From assembly GCA_044222185.1 (NCBI GenBank), contig JBGANV010000003.1, positions 576,001-640,000 of the forward strand: a stretch of 64,000 nucleotides of DNA. The letters are read 5' to 3'. The translations under genes were made by a program, and so were the position numbers. Numbering within the stretch: position 1 is the stretch's first letter; the number at the start of each line of letters is the position of its first letter. Positions 29,225 to 38,822 of this stretch are shown piece by piece. The notes under the pieces were generated by a model. The model did not search any database and was not told the DNA's origin. It saw only the letters and a program-made list of their open reading frames with translations. This DNA is from Planctomycetota bacterium (lineage in GTDB: Bacteria; Planctomycetota; GCA-002687715; CAIWVZ01).

Positions 29225-29836
29225 ATGGATCCCAACAAGAAGTCACAAGATGGAGCGCCGGACGCCGGCCCGACCACGCCGACGGGCAAGGCCAGGGATG
29301 AGTCCAGACCCCTCGATGCCGCTGCCAACGCGGCGCCGAGCGACGAACTCGCCGCACGCACCAAGGAGCGCGACGAGATTCGCGATCACCTGCAGCGCAC
29401 GGCGGCCGAGTTCCAGAACTTCAAGGCACGCACGGCGCGCGAGAAGACCGAGGCTCGCCGGTTCGCGATCGCCGATGCCGTTCGCAGCGTCCTCCCCGCG
29501 CTCGACAACCTGGAACGCGCGACCGCCGCCGCCGACGCGACCAATCCTGCGGCACTGGTGATGGGCGTCCGCATGGTCGTCGAGCAGTTCCGCCGCGGGC
29601 TGGAGGAACTCGGCGTCAAGCCCGTGCAAACCGATGGCGCCCTGCTCGATCCCACCTGCATGGAAGCCATTTCGCGCGTGGAGACCACGGAGGTTCGAGA
29701 GAACCAGATCGTCGAAGTCTTCGAGAAGGGCTACAAGCTCGCGGACCTCGTCATACGACCCGCTCGCGTGACCGTCGCCGCAACACCGCGCCCGCGGACG
29801 GCCTCGGCGGGTCCGGACGAGCCGTCGGACGCCTGA
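29225..29836 (+). CDS. grpE: nucleotide exchange factor GrpE
   Basis: LQRTAAEFQNFKAR, LPALDNLERA and KGYKLADLVIRPARVTV. Confidence 0.93.
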   Translation: MDPNKKSQDGAPDAGPTTPTGKARDESRPLDAAANAAPSDELAARTKERDEIRDHLQRTAAEFQNFKARTAREKTEARRFAIADAVRSVLPALDNLERATAAADATNPAALVMGVRMVVEQFRRGLEELGVKPVQTDGALLDPTCMEAISRVETTEVRENQIVEVFEKGYKLADLVIRPARVTVAATPRPRTASAGPDEPSDA

Positions 29837-29857
29837 TCATCCAAGGAATCCCCGAAC

Positions 29858-30166
29858 ATGCCGACCTACGACTACGCCTGTGAGAAGTGCGGCCACCAGT
29901 TCGAGACCTTCCAGAGCATGAAGGACGAGCCGCTCCGCGCGTGCCCGAAATGCAAGGCCAAGGCATTGAAGCGACTCATCGGCGCCGGCGCTGGCGTCAT
30001 CTTCAAGGGTTCGGGCTTCTACCAGACGGACTACCGCAGCACGTCCTACCAGTCGGGAAAGACGGCCGACGCACCGAAATCCGAGCCTGCGAAGACTGAC
30101 TCATCGAAACCATCGTCCGGGGGCGGCTGCGGGAAGCCTGCGTGCGGCTCCGGCGGCTGTCACTGA
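29858..30166 (+). CDS. FmdB-family zinc-ribbon protein
   Basis: [16 protein letters not shown]...CPKC...[12 protein letters not shown]. Confidence 0.9.
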   Translation: MPTYDYACEKCGHQFETFQSMKDEPLRACPKCKAKALKRLIGAGAGVIFKGSGFYQTDYRSTSYQSGKTADAPKSEPAKTDSSKPSSGGGCGKPACGSGGCH

Positions 30167-30176
30167 TCGCGGATCC

Positions 30177-30392
30177 GTGGCCCGCTCATCCGACAAGGCG
30201 TGCCCGATCTGCGGCACTGCCGTGACGCCACCTCCATCGAAACGCGCCGGGGCGGCCCAGCCGGCGGCGTCGCCCGGTTCGCCGCATTTCCCGTTCTGTT
30301 CCGAGCGCTGCAAGATGGTCGACCTGAATCGCTGGCTGACCGGCGCCTATGCGATTCCGGGAGAGCCGGTTCCTCCGCCCGAGGACGAGTGA
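30177..30392 (+). CDS. yacG: DNA gyrase inhibitor YacG-family protein
   Basis: CPICG ... [21 protein letters not shown]. Confidence 0.88.
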   Translation: MARSSDKACPICGTAVTPPPSKRAGAAQPAASPGSPHFPFCSERCKMVDLNRWLTGAYAIPGEPVPPPEDE

Positions 30393-30482
30393 AGCGCCAG
30401 CGACCCCGACGACGGGGGCCGGGCCGTCCCGCGCGGCGACTCCTGCGACGACGCGTCCAACGGCACGGCCGGCGTTGCGGCA

Positions 30483-33400
30483 CTATCCTCGCAATCGAAG
30501 CCGCTCGCGGAATTGGCGAACGCGCGCCCACAGGCCCGCGACGTCGGCGGGAGCGCTCGCGGCGCGGCTGCTGGGCGCGGTGGCACGCGAGTCCGGGCTG
30601 GCCGGCCTGATGCCCGCGAACTCGGAGCAGTTCAGGATCTGCGCGACGCAGATCTGCGCGGCACGCACGTCCCGACTTCCGAGATCGTCGGCCATTCCGT
30701 CCCAGGCTTCGAGATCGTCCCGAACCCAACCGATGGCCTTCGTCCGGAGTGCCGTGCGCGACTCTGCATCGATGGTCATCCAGTCGGCTCCCATCCGCGC
30801 AGCCGCAGCGGCGGCCGCCCGCGCCGCGTGAAGGCGATCAGCCGCGCGCGGGTGCGGTGCGACGCCGCCATTGAGCTCCATCGCCTTCTCGAACAGCCGG
30901 ACCGCCATGACGAAGCGCTTTCGGCCGAACGCGACTCGTGAGAGCCGCAGAGACTCGGCGAAGTCCTGCGGTTCCGCCGCACCGCCAGCGACCGCGTCGA
31001 AGCGCGTCTCGACCGGGGCCAGGGCTTCGAGGTTCGCGACCCAGGCATCGGATCGGTACTTCCAGCCCGGCGTCCTGCTACCGACCTCATGCCCGCGCCG
31101 CATGGCATCCAGGGCTTCCAGGTAGCGGCCCATCTCGCGCAGCGTATGGCCCAGGTTGCAGAGAGCGTCACCCGCACCGGGGTTCGCCGCGACGACGGCG
31201 CGGTAGTCCTCCACGGCCTCGTCCTCGCGTCCCGAGTCCCGGAGGATCGCCGCGCGGTTGTATCTCGCCTCGAGCAGGTTCGGATCGATTGCGAGGGCGC
31301 GATCGAGCGTGACCACGGCCGAGTCCTGGTCCCCCGACGCGACCTCCGCTTGTGCGAGATTCACGAGCACGCGCGCGTCGTTCGGCCGAAGCTCCGCCGC
31401 CCTGCGCTGAGCCGCGAGAGCGCCGGCGAGGTCGCGATTCAACTGGCGCGCGATGCCAGCCTGGGTCCACGCCGTTCCGTTCTTCGGGTCGACGGTGATC
31501 GCCTTCTCCGCGAGCGCCGGCCACTCGTCGTTCTTGCCGGCGAGCTGGAGGAGCGTCACGAGACGAGACTGATAAATGCTCCGGAATGGCGCGAGGCGCA
31601 CGGCTTCCCGCTGATGCTGCTCGGCCTGGACGAGGTCGTGTTGAACACGATGGATCTCGGAGAGGGCGTCGTGGATTCGTGCATCGTCCAGACCCTCCGC
31701 AAGCAGCGACTGGAGCTCGGCAGCGGCGCTCGCGTGTTTCCCCTGCTCCTCGTGGACCATGGCGACGGCGAACCGTGCCGAGGCGAGTTTCGGGGCGCGG
31801 GCAAGCGCTTCCGCGTACGCCGCAAGGGCCGCGTCGGGGTCCACGGGCGCGAGCGCGAACCCGACCCAATACGCCGCGTAGCCATCGTCGGGCCACATGT
31901 TGCGGATGCTCGCGGCCACCCACCGAGAGAGGTCGGCTTCCCGCACGTGCCCCGCGGCATGCGCCAGCCCGAAGTGGAACATCGCTCGCGCTCGCGGCGA
32001 CCCGATCACGGCTCGGAGGTGGTCATCGCGCGCGCGGGCAAACGCGCTGTCGTCGCCGGCGTGCCCCTGAGTGAGCTCCATGACGCCACGAATGAAGTGA
32101 GCGATCGGGGACTCACCTGGCCGGGATCGCTTCACCAACGCGACGGCCTCCTCGCGGCGCCCCTGCACGACGAGCGCATCGGCGATGAGTGGGTCGAGCG
32201 CGGATTCTCCCAGTCTCGCCCAGTTGCGTCGCTCGACCTCGGCGAGGAACGCGTTGTCGCCGCGGCTGACCCTTGCCGTCATCAGGGCCCCGGCAAGCGC
32301 CTCCACGTTCTGGGGATCGAGAGCGAGCGCATGCTCGAACGCCGGCGCCGCATCGGCGGCATTCCCTTCCTGGATGTGGAAATAGCCTTCGACCAGCGCG
32401 GTCTCGACCGCCTCGCGCCGCCGCGACTCCTCGGCGAGCTGGATGTCGGCGCGGGTGGCGATCGAGTAGGTCACGAGCGACGCGAGTGCGGGCACGGCGA
32501 CCAGCAGCGTCCCCGCGAGCGCGGCCTTGACGGGTTCGCGCCGAACCCAGCGCATCAATCGGCCTATCGTCGAGACGGGTCGTACCGAGATGGGACGGTT
32601 CTCGAGCACGGCCGCCAGGTCGTTCGCGAAGGCCGCCGCGGTCTGGTATCGACGGATCGGCTCCTTCTCGAGCGCGGCCTGGAGGACGACGGACAAGTCG
32701 GCGGATGCACTCATGCACCGCTTGCGGATGTCCGGCGGGTCCGACCTCGTGACGGACTGGAAGAGCATCTCGCGTGTCGCGCCTTCGAAGGGACGCACCC
32801 CGGTCAGGCACTCGTACAGAGTGACGCCCAGCGACCAGACGTCCGTGCGTCCGTCGACGCTTCCCGTTTGGCCCTGCATCTGCTCCGGTGACATGTAGGC
32901 GGGGGTGCCGAACACGTCGCCGGTCTGGGTCAATGCATCGATCTCCGAGTCGCAGTCGCGCGCAAGCCCGAAGTCGAGGATCACGGGCTCGTCGTTCGCC
33001 GTGATCATGATGTTGCCGGGCTTGACGTCGCGGTGGATGATCCCGTGCTCGTGCGCGGCGTGGAGCGCGCGCGCCGCGCGCTCGATGATCCTCGTGATCC
33101 GACGGATGCGGTCCCCACTCGATGGCCGCCCCTCCGGACGTGGAGGCGCGGCGGCCGTGCTGGGATCTCCGGACGGCGGCATGAGCTCCGTGCGGGCGTC
33201 GTCGTCCTTCGCCGCGAGGCCCGGTTCATAGGCCGTCGAGACGCCCTCGCCGGTCGCGCCCAGGTCACGCACCAGTCTCAGGAGCGTGGATCCCTCCACG
33301 TACCGCATGGCGATGTAGGGCACCCCGTCCGCGGTCCCCGTGTCGTACACGGTGCAGATGCCGGGGTGATCGAGTTTCGACGCGGCGATGGCCTCGCGCT

Positions 33401-33611
33401 GAAATCGCTGAAGCACGGCGGGCGAGACCGCGCCGAGGCCCGTGAGGATCTTCAACGCGACGAGGCGGTGCAAACGCGTGTCCTGGGCGAGGAAGACGAT
33501 GCCCTGCCCTCCGCGCCCGATCTCGCGGAGGATCGCGTACGCGCCGATCTGTTTCGGTGTCCGGTCAGACTCGCCCAAGGCATCCCCGATCGTGTGGTCG
33601 GTGGATAACAC
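30483..33611 (-). CDS. Ser/Thr protein kinase with TM helix and multiple TPR repeats
   Basis: GRGGQGIV, VALKIL, HRDVKPGN, DFGLA and GTPAYMSPEQ; TPR array; C-terminal GHEVGSRTPGWKY motif of the kind seen in planctomycete kinases. Confidence 0.92.
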   Translation of the reverse strand: MLSTDHTIGDALGESDRTPKQIGAYAILREIGRGGQGIVFLAQDTRLHRLVALKILTGLGAVSPAVLQRFQREAIAASKLDHPGICTVYDTGTADGVPYIAMRYVEGSTLLRLVRDLGATGEGVSTAYEPGLAAKDDDARTELMPPSGDPSTAAAPPRPEGRPSSGDRIRRITRIIERAARALHAAHEHGIIHRDVKPGNIMITANDEPVILDFGLARDCDSEIDALTQTGDVFGTPAYMSPEQMQGQTGSVDGRTDVWSLGVTLYECLTGVRPFEGATREMLFQSVTRSDPPDIRKRCMSASADLSVVLQAALEKEPIRRYQTAAAFANDLAAVLENRPISVRPVSTIGRLMRWVRREPVKAALAGTLLVAVPALASLVTYSIATRADIQLAEESRRREAVETALVEGYFHIQEGNAADAAPAFEHALALDPQNVEALAGALMTARVSRGDNAFLAEVERRNWARLGESALDPLIADALVVQGRREEAVALVKRSRPGESPIAHFIRGVMELTQGHAGDDSAFARARDDHLRAVIGSPRARAMFHFGLAHAAGHVREADLSRWVAASIRNMWPDDGYAAYWVGFALAPVDPDAALAAYAEALARAPKLASARFAVAMVHEEQGKHASAAAELQSLLAEGLDDARIHDALSEIHRVQHDLVQAEQHQREAVRLAPFRSIYQSRLVTLLQLAGKNDEWPALAEKAITVDPKNGTAWTQAGIARQLNRDLAGALAAQRRAAELRPNDARVLVNLAQAEVASGDQDSAVVTLDRALAIDPNLLEARYNRAAILRDSGREDEAVEDYRAVVAANPGAGDALCNLGHTLREMGRYLEALDAMRRGHEVGSRTPGWKYRSDAWVANLEALAPVETRFDAVAGGAAEPQDFAESLRLSRVAFGRKRFVMAVRLFEKAMELNGGVAPHPRAADRLHAARAAAAAAARMGADWMTIDAESRTALRTKAIGWVRDDLEAWDGMADDLGSRDVRAAQICVAQILNCSEFAGIRPASPDSRATAPSSRAASAPADVAGLWARVRQFRERLRLRG

Positions 33612-33707
33612 ATCCCGGAGCGGCGCGCCCGGACGACGCGCCGCGGGGGTTCGTCACGGCGAGCCGTGCACGTCGCGGGCCGTCGTGCGCCCGCGACGCG
33701 GACCGGG

Positions 33708-36700
33708 TCAGAGGCTCGTGTTCACGAACGCCCAGGTGTTGCGGAACCCAACCGGGCTCGACGGATCCAGGTATGACGCCTGGAGAGTGAAGTGGAGTCC
33801 CAGCGGCGGATTCGGATTCGTGAGCCCGGTCAGCACGAACTTGCCGCCAGGCGCCGTGTTCCCCGGCTGGTTCGGCGACGTGACGATGCCGGGCTGCGCC
33901 GGGCCGTAGACGCCGATGCCGTCGAGTACCGGGAAGAGCCCCGGGCTCCCGACCGACAGGACGAGATTCGCCGCCGCGGTCGGCCAGTTGCCGATGGGCG
34001 CCGGCATGCCGGTGTCACCCGACAGGACGAACGCCGCGTTCGGGGCGCAACCCTCCATGTTGAACGAGTACACCACGCCCGGGGGAACGGGGTCCGCCAG
34101 CGGCACGTGGCCGATCGTCCCGTGGTTCGCGCCCGTACCCACGATCACTTCGGAGAAGTTCGACGCCACCGTCGGGAAGTTCTGGACCGAGATCCAGATG
34201 CCGCCGATCGACTGGGTCTGCTGTACCGAGGCTGGCAGGCTCGCCGTCAGAGTGGTTGCATTCACGAACGTGGTCGTCAGCTGGACTCCGTTGGCGAACA
34301 CCTTCGACGTCGCGAGATAGCCGCTGCCGCTCACCGTGAGGGTCGTCGGCGGCGAGGCCAACGTCTTCACGGCGATGGCGACGGGCGTGATCGACGTGAT
34401 GGCCGGCCCGATGATGCCGAGGGGCAACGAAACGGAATTGCCGCCAGCCGGACCCGGGTTGCGCACGAGGATCTGCGCCGTCCCCGCCGTCGCGATGAGC
34501 GAGGCCGGGATCGACGCCGACAACTGCGTCGAGCTGATGAACGTTGTGGTCTGCGGATTGCCATCCCACCGGATCTGGCTCTGCGAGTTGTAGTTGGTCC
34601 CGGTGACGGTGAGGGTGAACGCTGCCGAGCCGGCCGCGACCGACGACGGGCTGATCGACGACAGGGTCGCCGGCGGGTTGTTGATCGTGAACGTGAGCGG
34701 CGCGGACGTGCCGCCGCCCGGAGCCGGATTGAAGATCCGGATGCCTGGCAGCCCGCCGGCCGTGATGTTGCCCGCGGGGACCGTCGCCTGGAGCTGGGTC
34801 GAGCTCACGAACGTCGTCGCGAGGTTCGTCCCGTTCCACGTCACGATGCTCTGCGCGTTGCAGTTCGTGCCGGTCACCGTCAACGTGAACGCCGCGCTGC
34901 CCGCCAGGATCGACGAGGGGCTGAGCCCCGTCAGGGTCGGCACCGGGTTGTTGATGGTGAACGTCAGGTTGGCCGTCGTACCACCGCCTGGTGCCGGGTT
35001 GTTCACCCGCACCGTGGCCGACCCGGCCGTCGCGATGTTCCCAGCCGGAACCGTCGCGGTGAGCTGCGTCGCGCTGACGAACGTCGTCGTCAGGTTGGCG
35101 CCGTTCCACTGCACCCGGCTCTGCGTGTTGAAGTTCGACCCGTTTGCGGTGATCACGAACGCCCCACCTCCGGCGGTCGCCGAAGCCGGGCTGATGCTCG
35201 AGATCGAGGGCGCCGGATTCGTCACGGTGAACGTGAGTCCGGAAGTCGTCCCGCCGCCAGGAGCCGGAGTCGACACGGTCACCGTGTGGGTGCCAGCCGC
35301 CGCCACGAGTGCCGCGGGAATCGACGCCGTCAGCGAGGTCGCGTTCACGAACGTCGTCGCCTGCGCGACGCCGTCCCATTGCACGACGCTCGAAGCCACG
35401 AAGTTCGTCCCCGTGCACGTGAGCGTGAACGCCCCGGATCCCGCGACCGCCGTCGTCGGCGAGATCGTCGACAACGTCGGCACGGGATTGGGCGTCGGTT
35501 CGATGTCGACGGTGAACGAGCCCGAGAGCCCGACGCCGCCGCTGCGCGACACGATGATCGCGTGGGCGCCGGTTCCGAGCGTCCGCGTGGTCGTGGCAGC
35601 ACCGACGACAGACGCGACGTTTGCATTCGCTCGGACGCGCCACGCCGAGTCCGTGCCCGGCTCGAAGAGGAACCAGTCGAGGCCGGCAACGCCCGTGAGC
35701 GTGATGTCGTAGCTGCCTGCCGTCGCGACGTTGAACTGGAAGATCCGGATCGCTTGCCCACTACCCCAGGCCGCGCCGTATGGAGTGCCGATCGTCGGGG
35801 TCACCAACGTCGCCTGATTCAGACTCGCGTTGGCGGTACCGAAGAACCGACTGACCATGCCCAAGGTCGGAGAAACGGCGCCGAGCGTCCCGTTGGCGAC
35901 GACGAAGTCACAAATCGACGAGCCGAATTGGGACTCTGCCGTGGCGATGACCACGTCCCAGTCGCTCGTCGACGTGACGCCGACTGCATTCCACTGGCCC
36001 GAGGTCGGCGCGATCGTGAACGGCTGACACGGGTTCGTGAGCGTCGTCGCGACGGTCGACGGCGAGAGGTTCACGATCGCGGCCGTCGCGCAAAGGTGCA
36101 CGGTATACGGGAGCGTCGTGGCCGCGGGTCCGCCGTCATGGGTGACGACGACGGCGTGCCATCCGGCCCCCAGGCTCACCGTGTTGACGTTCCCGACGAT
36201 CCCTGCCGTGATCGCGCCGGTGCGGTCGTTCCACGGTGCTTGCGATCCCATGAGGACGAAGCCGAGGCTCGTGTCGCCGCTCAACGAGACGTCGTAGGAC
36301 CCGGCGCTCGGAACGTTGAACTGGACGACGTCGACGATCGAGCCGGATGCGAGCGCCGTGTCGAACGGGGTTCCGACCGTCCCCGTCGCCGCGGTGGCGT
36401 GTTCTGCCGTTGCGTTGGACGAGCCCAAGAAGCGGACGATCGCGCCCGACGATGGCGAGATCGCTCCGGCGTGGCCGTCGGCGATGCAGAAGTCGGTCGT
36501 CGACCCGCCGAACCGGGAGTAGCCGGCCCCGATCGCGATGTCCCAGTCCGAAGCGCCGGTGACGGCGACGACGTTGAAGATTCCCGCCGTGGGCGTCAGG
36601 CTGAACCCCTGGCACGCGTTCGTGATGGTCTGCGCGACATTCGCCGCCAAGGCCACCGGCGCCACCGATTGGCACACGCTGAACGTGAATCCGCCCGACG

Positions 36701-38375
36701 TGGCCGCAGGTCCGCCGTTGCGCGTCACGACGAGGCAGTGCCAGCCGGTGCCCAACGTCAGTCCGAGCGTCGGCGCGCCGCCGACTGTGCCGCTCGCGAT
36801 CTGTCCCGCGCTCGACCGCGCTCGCCAGCCATTGTTGGCGCCCGGTGCGTGGAACTGCCATGTCAGGCTCGTATCGCCGTCGAGCGCGATGTCGTAGGCA
36901 CCAGCCGACGTGATGTTGAACTGGTAGACCTCGATGATTTCCGTGCTCCCGAAGAAGCCGACGTTCTGCACGCCAGTCGACGAGGTCGTCGCGACCTGGA
37001 ACTCGGCCGTGGCGTTGGGGCCACCGGAGAACAGGTACACCTCGCCACCCGTCGGCGCGACCGACCCGAGGTTGCCGTTCGCGAGCACGTAGTCGCAGGC
37101 GGTCCCGCCGAACGTCGAGAAGACCGATTCCACGTGCAGGTCCCAGTCCGAAGCGGAGGACGCCGCGAGGACCACCCAATCGCTCGACGCGGTCGTCGTG
37201 TTGACGTATCGCGGCGAGCACGTGATCGTCGCCGGCGAGCCGTTCGAGAGCGACGTGCTTCCGCAGACGCCTGTGTTGGTGATGGCGTTCTGCAACCCGC
37301 CGTTCAGGATGCTCGTGCCGGAATTGCTTCCGCTCGACGAGCCGCAGCCGGCGTTCGTGTGAATCCCGATGGCGAGGCCGTTCGAGTCGTCGATGACCGG
37401 CGCGCCGGAGTCACCGCCCTCGGTGTCGACCTGGTACGTCAGCATGGTGCCGCTGGCGCCGGTGTATGGCCCCACGGCAGTCTGTTGAACGAAGTTGCGG
37501 ATGCCCGAATCCGCCCCGCAGCCGGTCACGCGGAGCGTGGGAATGATGAACGGCGGCAGGTAGAGGGGAAGGCTCCCGGCGAGGCTGAAGCTCGCGCCAC
37601 CCATGTGCTGGAGCGCCGTTTGACCCGTCGAGTTCGGGTGCAAGCGCATGGCAGCGTAATCGTCGCCGATGGCGTTCTGAACGGCGATGATCGACTGCTG
37701 ATCCACCGGGAACTGGTCGGCGACCGGCGGGTTGATGATCGATCCACCCGTAGTCGAGAGAGGCACGTTGAACTGCGCGGTGATCAGCGCGGACGTGTTG
37801 GCCGGAATGCCGCAGTGGCCGGCACTCAGCAGCATGTTCTGGCCGTTGATGAGCCAGCCGGTGCAGACGAATCCGTTGCCGAGGAGCCGGCAAACCCTCG
37901 AATCGGACGAGAGCACGCGATCGTCCGTCGTGCCGCACTGGGAGTCGACGCCGACCGGCGGCGCGATCGTCGTTTGATAGATGAACGCGGAGCCGACGGT
38001 CACCTGCCCGGAGGACTTGGGCGAGAGCCTCAGCTCGATGAGGACCGCGCTGCCGTTGAACCAGGCCGAGTGGTTGCGCCAGTGCTTCATCACCACCGGG
38101 TTCAGCACCTGCACCTGGTTGTCCGTGAGGCTCGTGACGACGACGGCGTCATCCTCGCGAGCGAGGTCCGCCACGTCGAACACGAGCTGCATGCAGCCCG
38201 CCGTGGGAATCGTCAGTACCTGGCTCCAGACGATCTGGGGCTGAGTCGTGGGGTTAGACGCGATGCCGCTGGCCAGCTCGGCCGACACCTGCGTCATGAT
38301 CTGTGGATTGACTTGAGCTGCGCTCACGACGGAAAGCGTGAGTGCCACGGCCACGACGGCGAGGCTCCTGGACAT
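33708..38375 (-). CDS. large secreted trypsin-like (S1) serine protease with 3 internal repeats, 5 IPT/TIG domains and a C-terminal domain (paralog A)
   Basis: Signal peptide MSRSLAVVAVAL; triad LSAGHC / DDYAAM / GGDSGAP; five NP.PTL..ISP...FTLTVTG.NF IPT/TIG repeats. Start set at ATG 38375 after AAGGAG. Confidence 0.85.
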   Translation of the reverse strand: MSRSLAVVAVALTLSVVSAAQVNPQIMTQVSAELASGIASNPTTQPQIVWSQVLTIPTAGCMQLVFDVADLAREDDAVVVTSLTDNQVQVLNPVVMKHWRNHSAWFNGSAVLIELRLSPKSSGQVTVGSAFIYQTTIAPPVGVDSQCGTTDDRVLSSDSRVCRLLGNGFVCTGWLINGQNMLLSAGHCGIPANTSALITAQFNVPLSTTGGSIINPPVADQFPVDQQSIIAVQNAIGDDYAAMRLHPNSTGQTALQHMGGASFSLAGSLPLYLPPFIIPTLRVTGCGADSGIRNFVQQTAVGPYTGASGTMLTYQVDTEGGDSGAPVIDDSNGLAIGIHTNAGCGSSSGSNSGTSILNGGLQNAITNTGVCGSTSLSNGSPATITCSPRYVNTTTASSDWVVLAASSASDWDLHVESVFSTFGGTACDYVLANGNLGSVAPTGGEVYLFSGGPNATAEFQVATTSSTGVQNVGFFGSTEIIEVYQFNITSAGAYDIALDGDTSLTWQFHAPGANNGWRARSSAGQIASGTVGGAPTLGLTLGTGWHCLVVTRNGGPAATSGGFTFSVCQSVAPVALAANVAQTITNACQGFSLTPTAGIFNVVAVTGASDWDIAIGAGYSRFGGSTTDFCIADGHAGAISPSSGAIVRFLGSSNATAEHATAATGTVGTPFDTALASGSIVDVVQFNVPSAGSYDVSLSGDTSLGFVLMGSQAPWNDRTGAITAGIVGNVNTVSLGAGWHAVVVTHDGGPAATTLPYTVHLCATAAIVNLSPSTVATTLTNPCQPFTIAPTSGQWNAVGVTSTSDWDVVIATAESQFGSSICDFVVANGTLGAVSPTLGMVSRFFGTANASLNQATLVTPTIGTPYGAAWGSGQAIRIFQFNVATAGSYDITLTGVAGLDWFLFEPGTDSAWRVRANANVASVVGAATTTRTLGTGAHAIIVSRSGGVGLSGSFTVDIEPTPNPVPTLSTISPTTAVAGSGAFTLTCTGTNFVASSVVQWDGVAQATTFVNATSLTASIPAALVAAAGTHTVTVSTPAPGGGTTSGLTFTVTNPAPSISSISPASATAGGGAFVITANGSNFNTQSRVQWNGANLTTTFVSATQLTATVPAGNIATAGSATVRVNNPAPGGGTTANLTFTINNPVPTLTGLSPSSILAGSAAFTLTVTGTNCNAQSIVTWNGTNLATTFVSSTQLQATVPAGNITAGGLPGIRIFNPAPGGGTSAPLTFTINNPPATLSSISPSSVAAGSAAFTLTVTGTNYNSQSQIRWDGNPQTTTFISSTQLSASIPASLIATAGTAQILVRNPGPAGGNSVSLPLGIIGPAITSITPVAIAVKTLASPPTTLTVSGSGYLATSKVFANGVQLTTTFVNATTLTASLPASVQQTQSIGGIWISVQNFPTVASNFSEVIVGTGANHGTIGHVPLADPVPPGVVYSFNMEGCAPNAAFVLSGDTGMPAPIGNWPTAAANLVLSVGSPGLFPVLDGIGVYGPAQPGIVTSPNQPGNTAPGGKFVLTGLTNPNPPLGLHFTLQASYLDPSSPVGFRNTWAFVNTSL

Positions 38376-38822
38376 GCGATCACTCCTTGAAACGGTTGCG
38401 GTGACGGCGGGCGGCTCGAGGGGGAGCCCGCACGGGTATCGAAGACTCTCGATGCGAGTGCCGAGGATCCGGCAGCGCACGGCGACGGTTGGCACGCCGA
38501 AGTGCCCCGCATCGAAGGCCAGGAGCGTACCGCTGATGCGGCCGGGCGTGAATGGGGGCGAAGAAACCTGACGGGATCGTGGCGCCGAGGGCCACATCCC
38601 GGTCTGATCACCGTCAGCACGTGCTTGCTCAGGCACGAACGAGCGCGGCGCGGACGGCGTGCGAGGGATCGCCTCGGTCGATCGCGGAGACCGTCAATTT
38701 CAGAAAAGACGACGGGGCCGAGCCGCGGTCCGGCCCGACCCCGTTTCACGCGAACGCGCGCGCTCTCGCACGCACCCCACCGCGCCGCACCGTCAGCACG
38801 GCGCGGCGCATCACACGGAGCC

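Noticed and set aside
34150-35480. Periodic ~270-bp nucleotide repeats (also 39270-40620) considered as CRISPR or DGR-like repeats
   Set aside because: They are in-frame IPT/TIG domain repeats of the protease genes. No identical repeat-spacer structure, cas genes or reverse transcriptase nearby.
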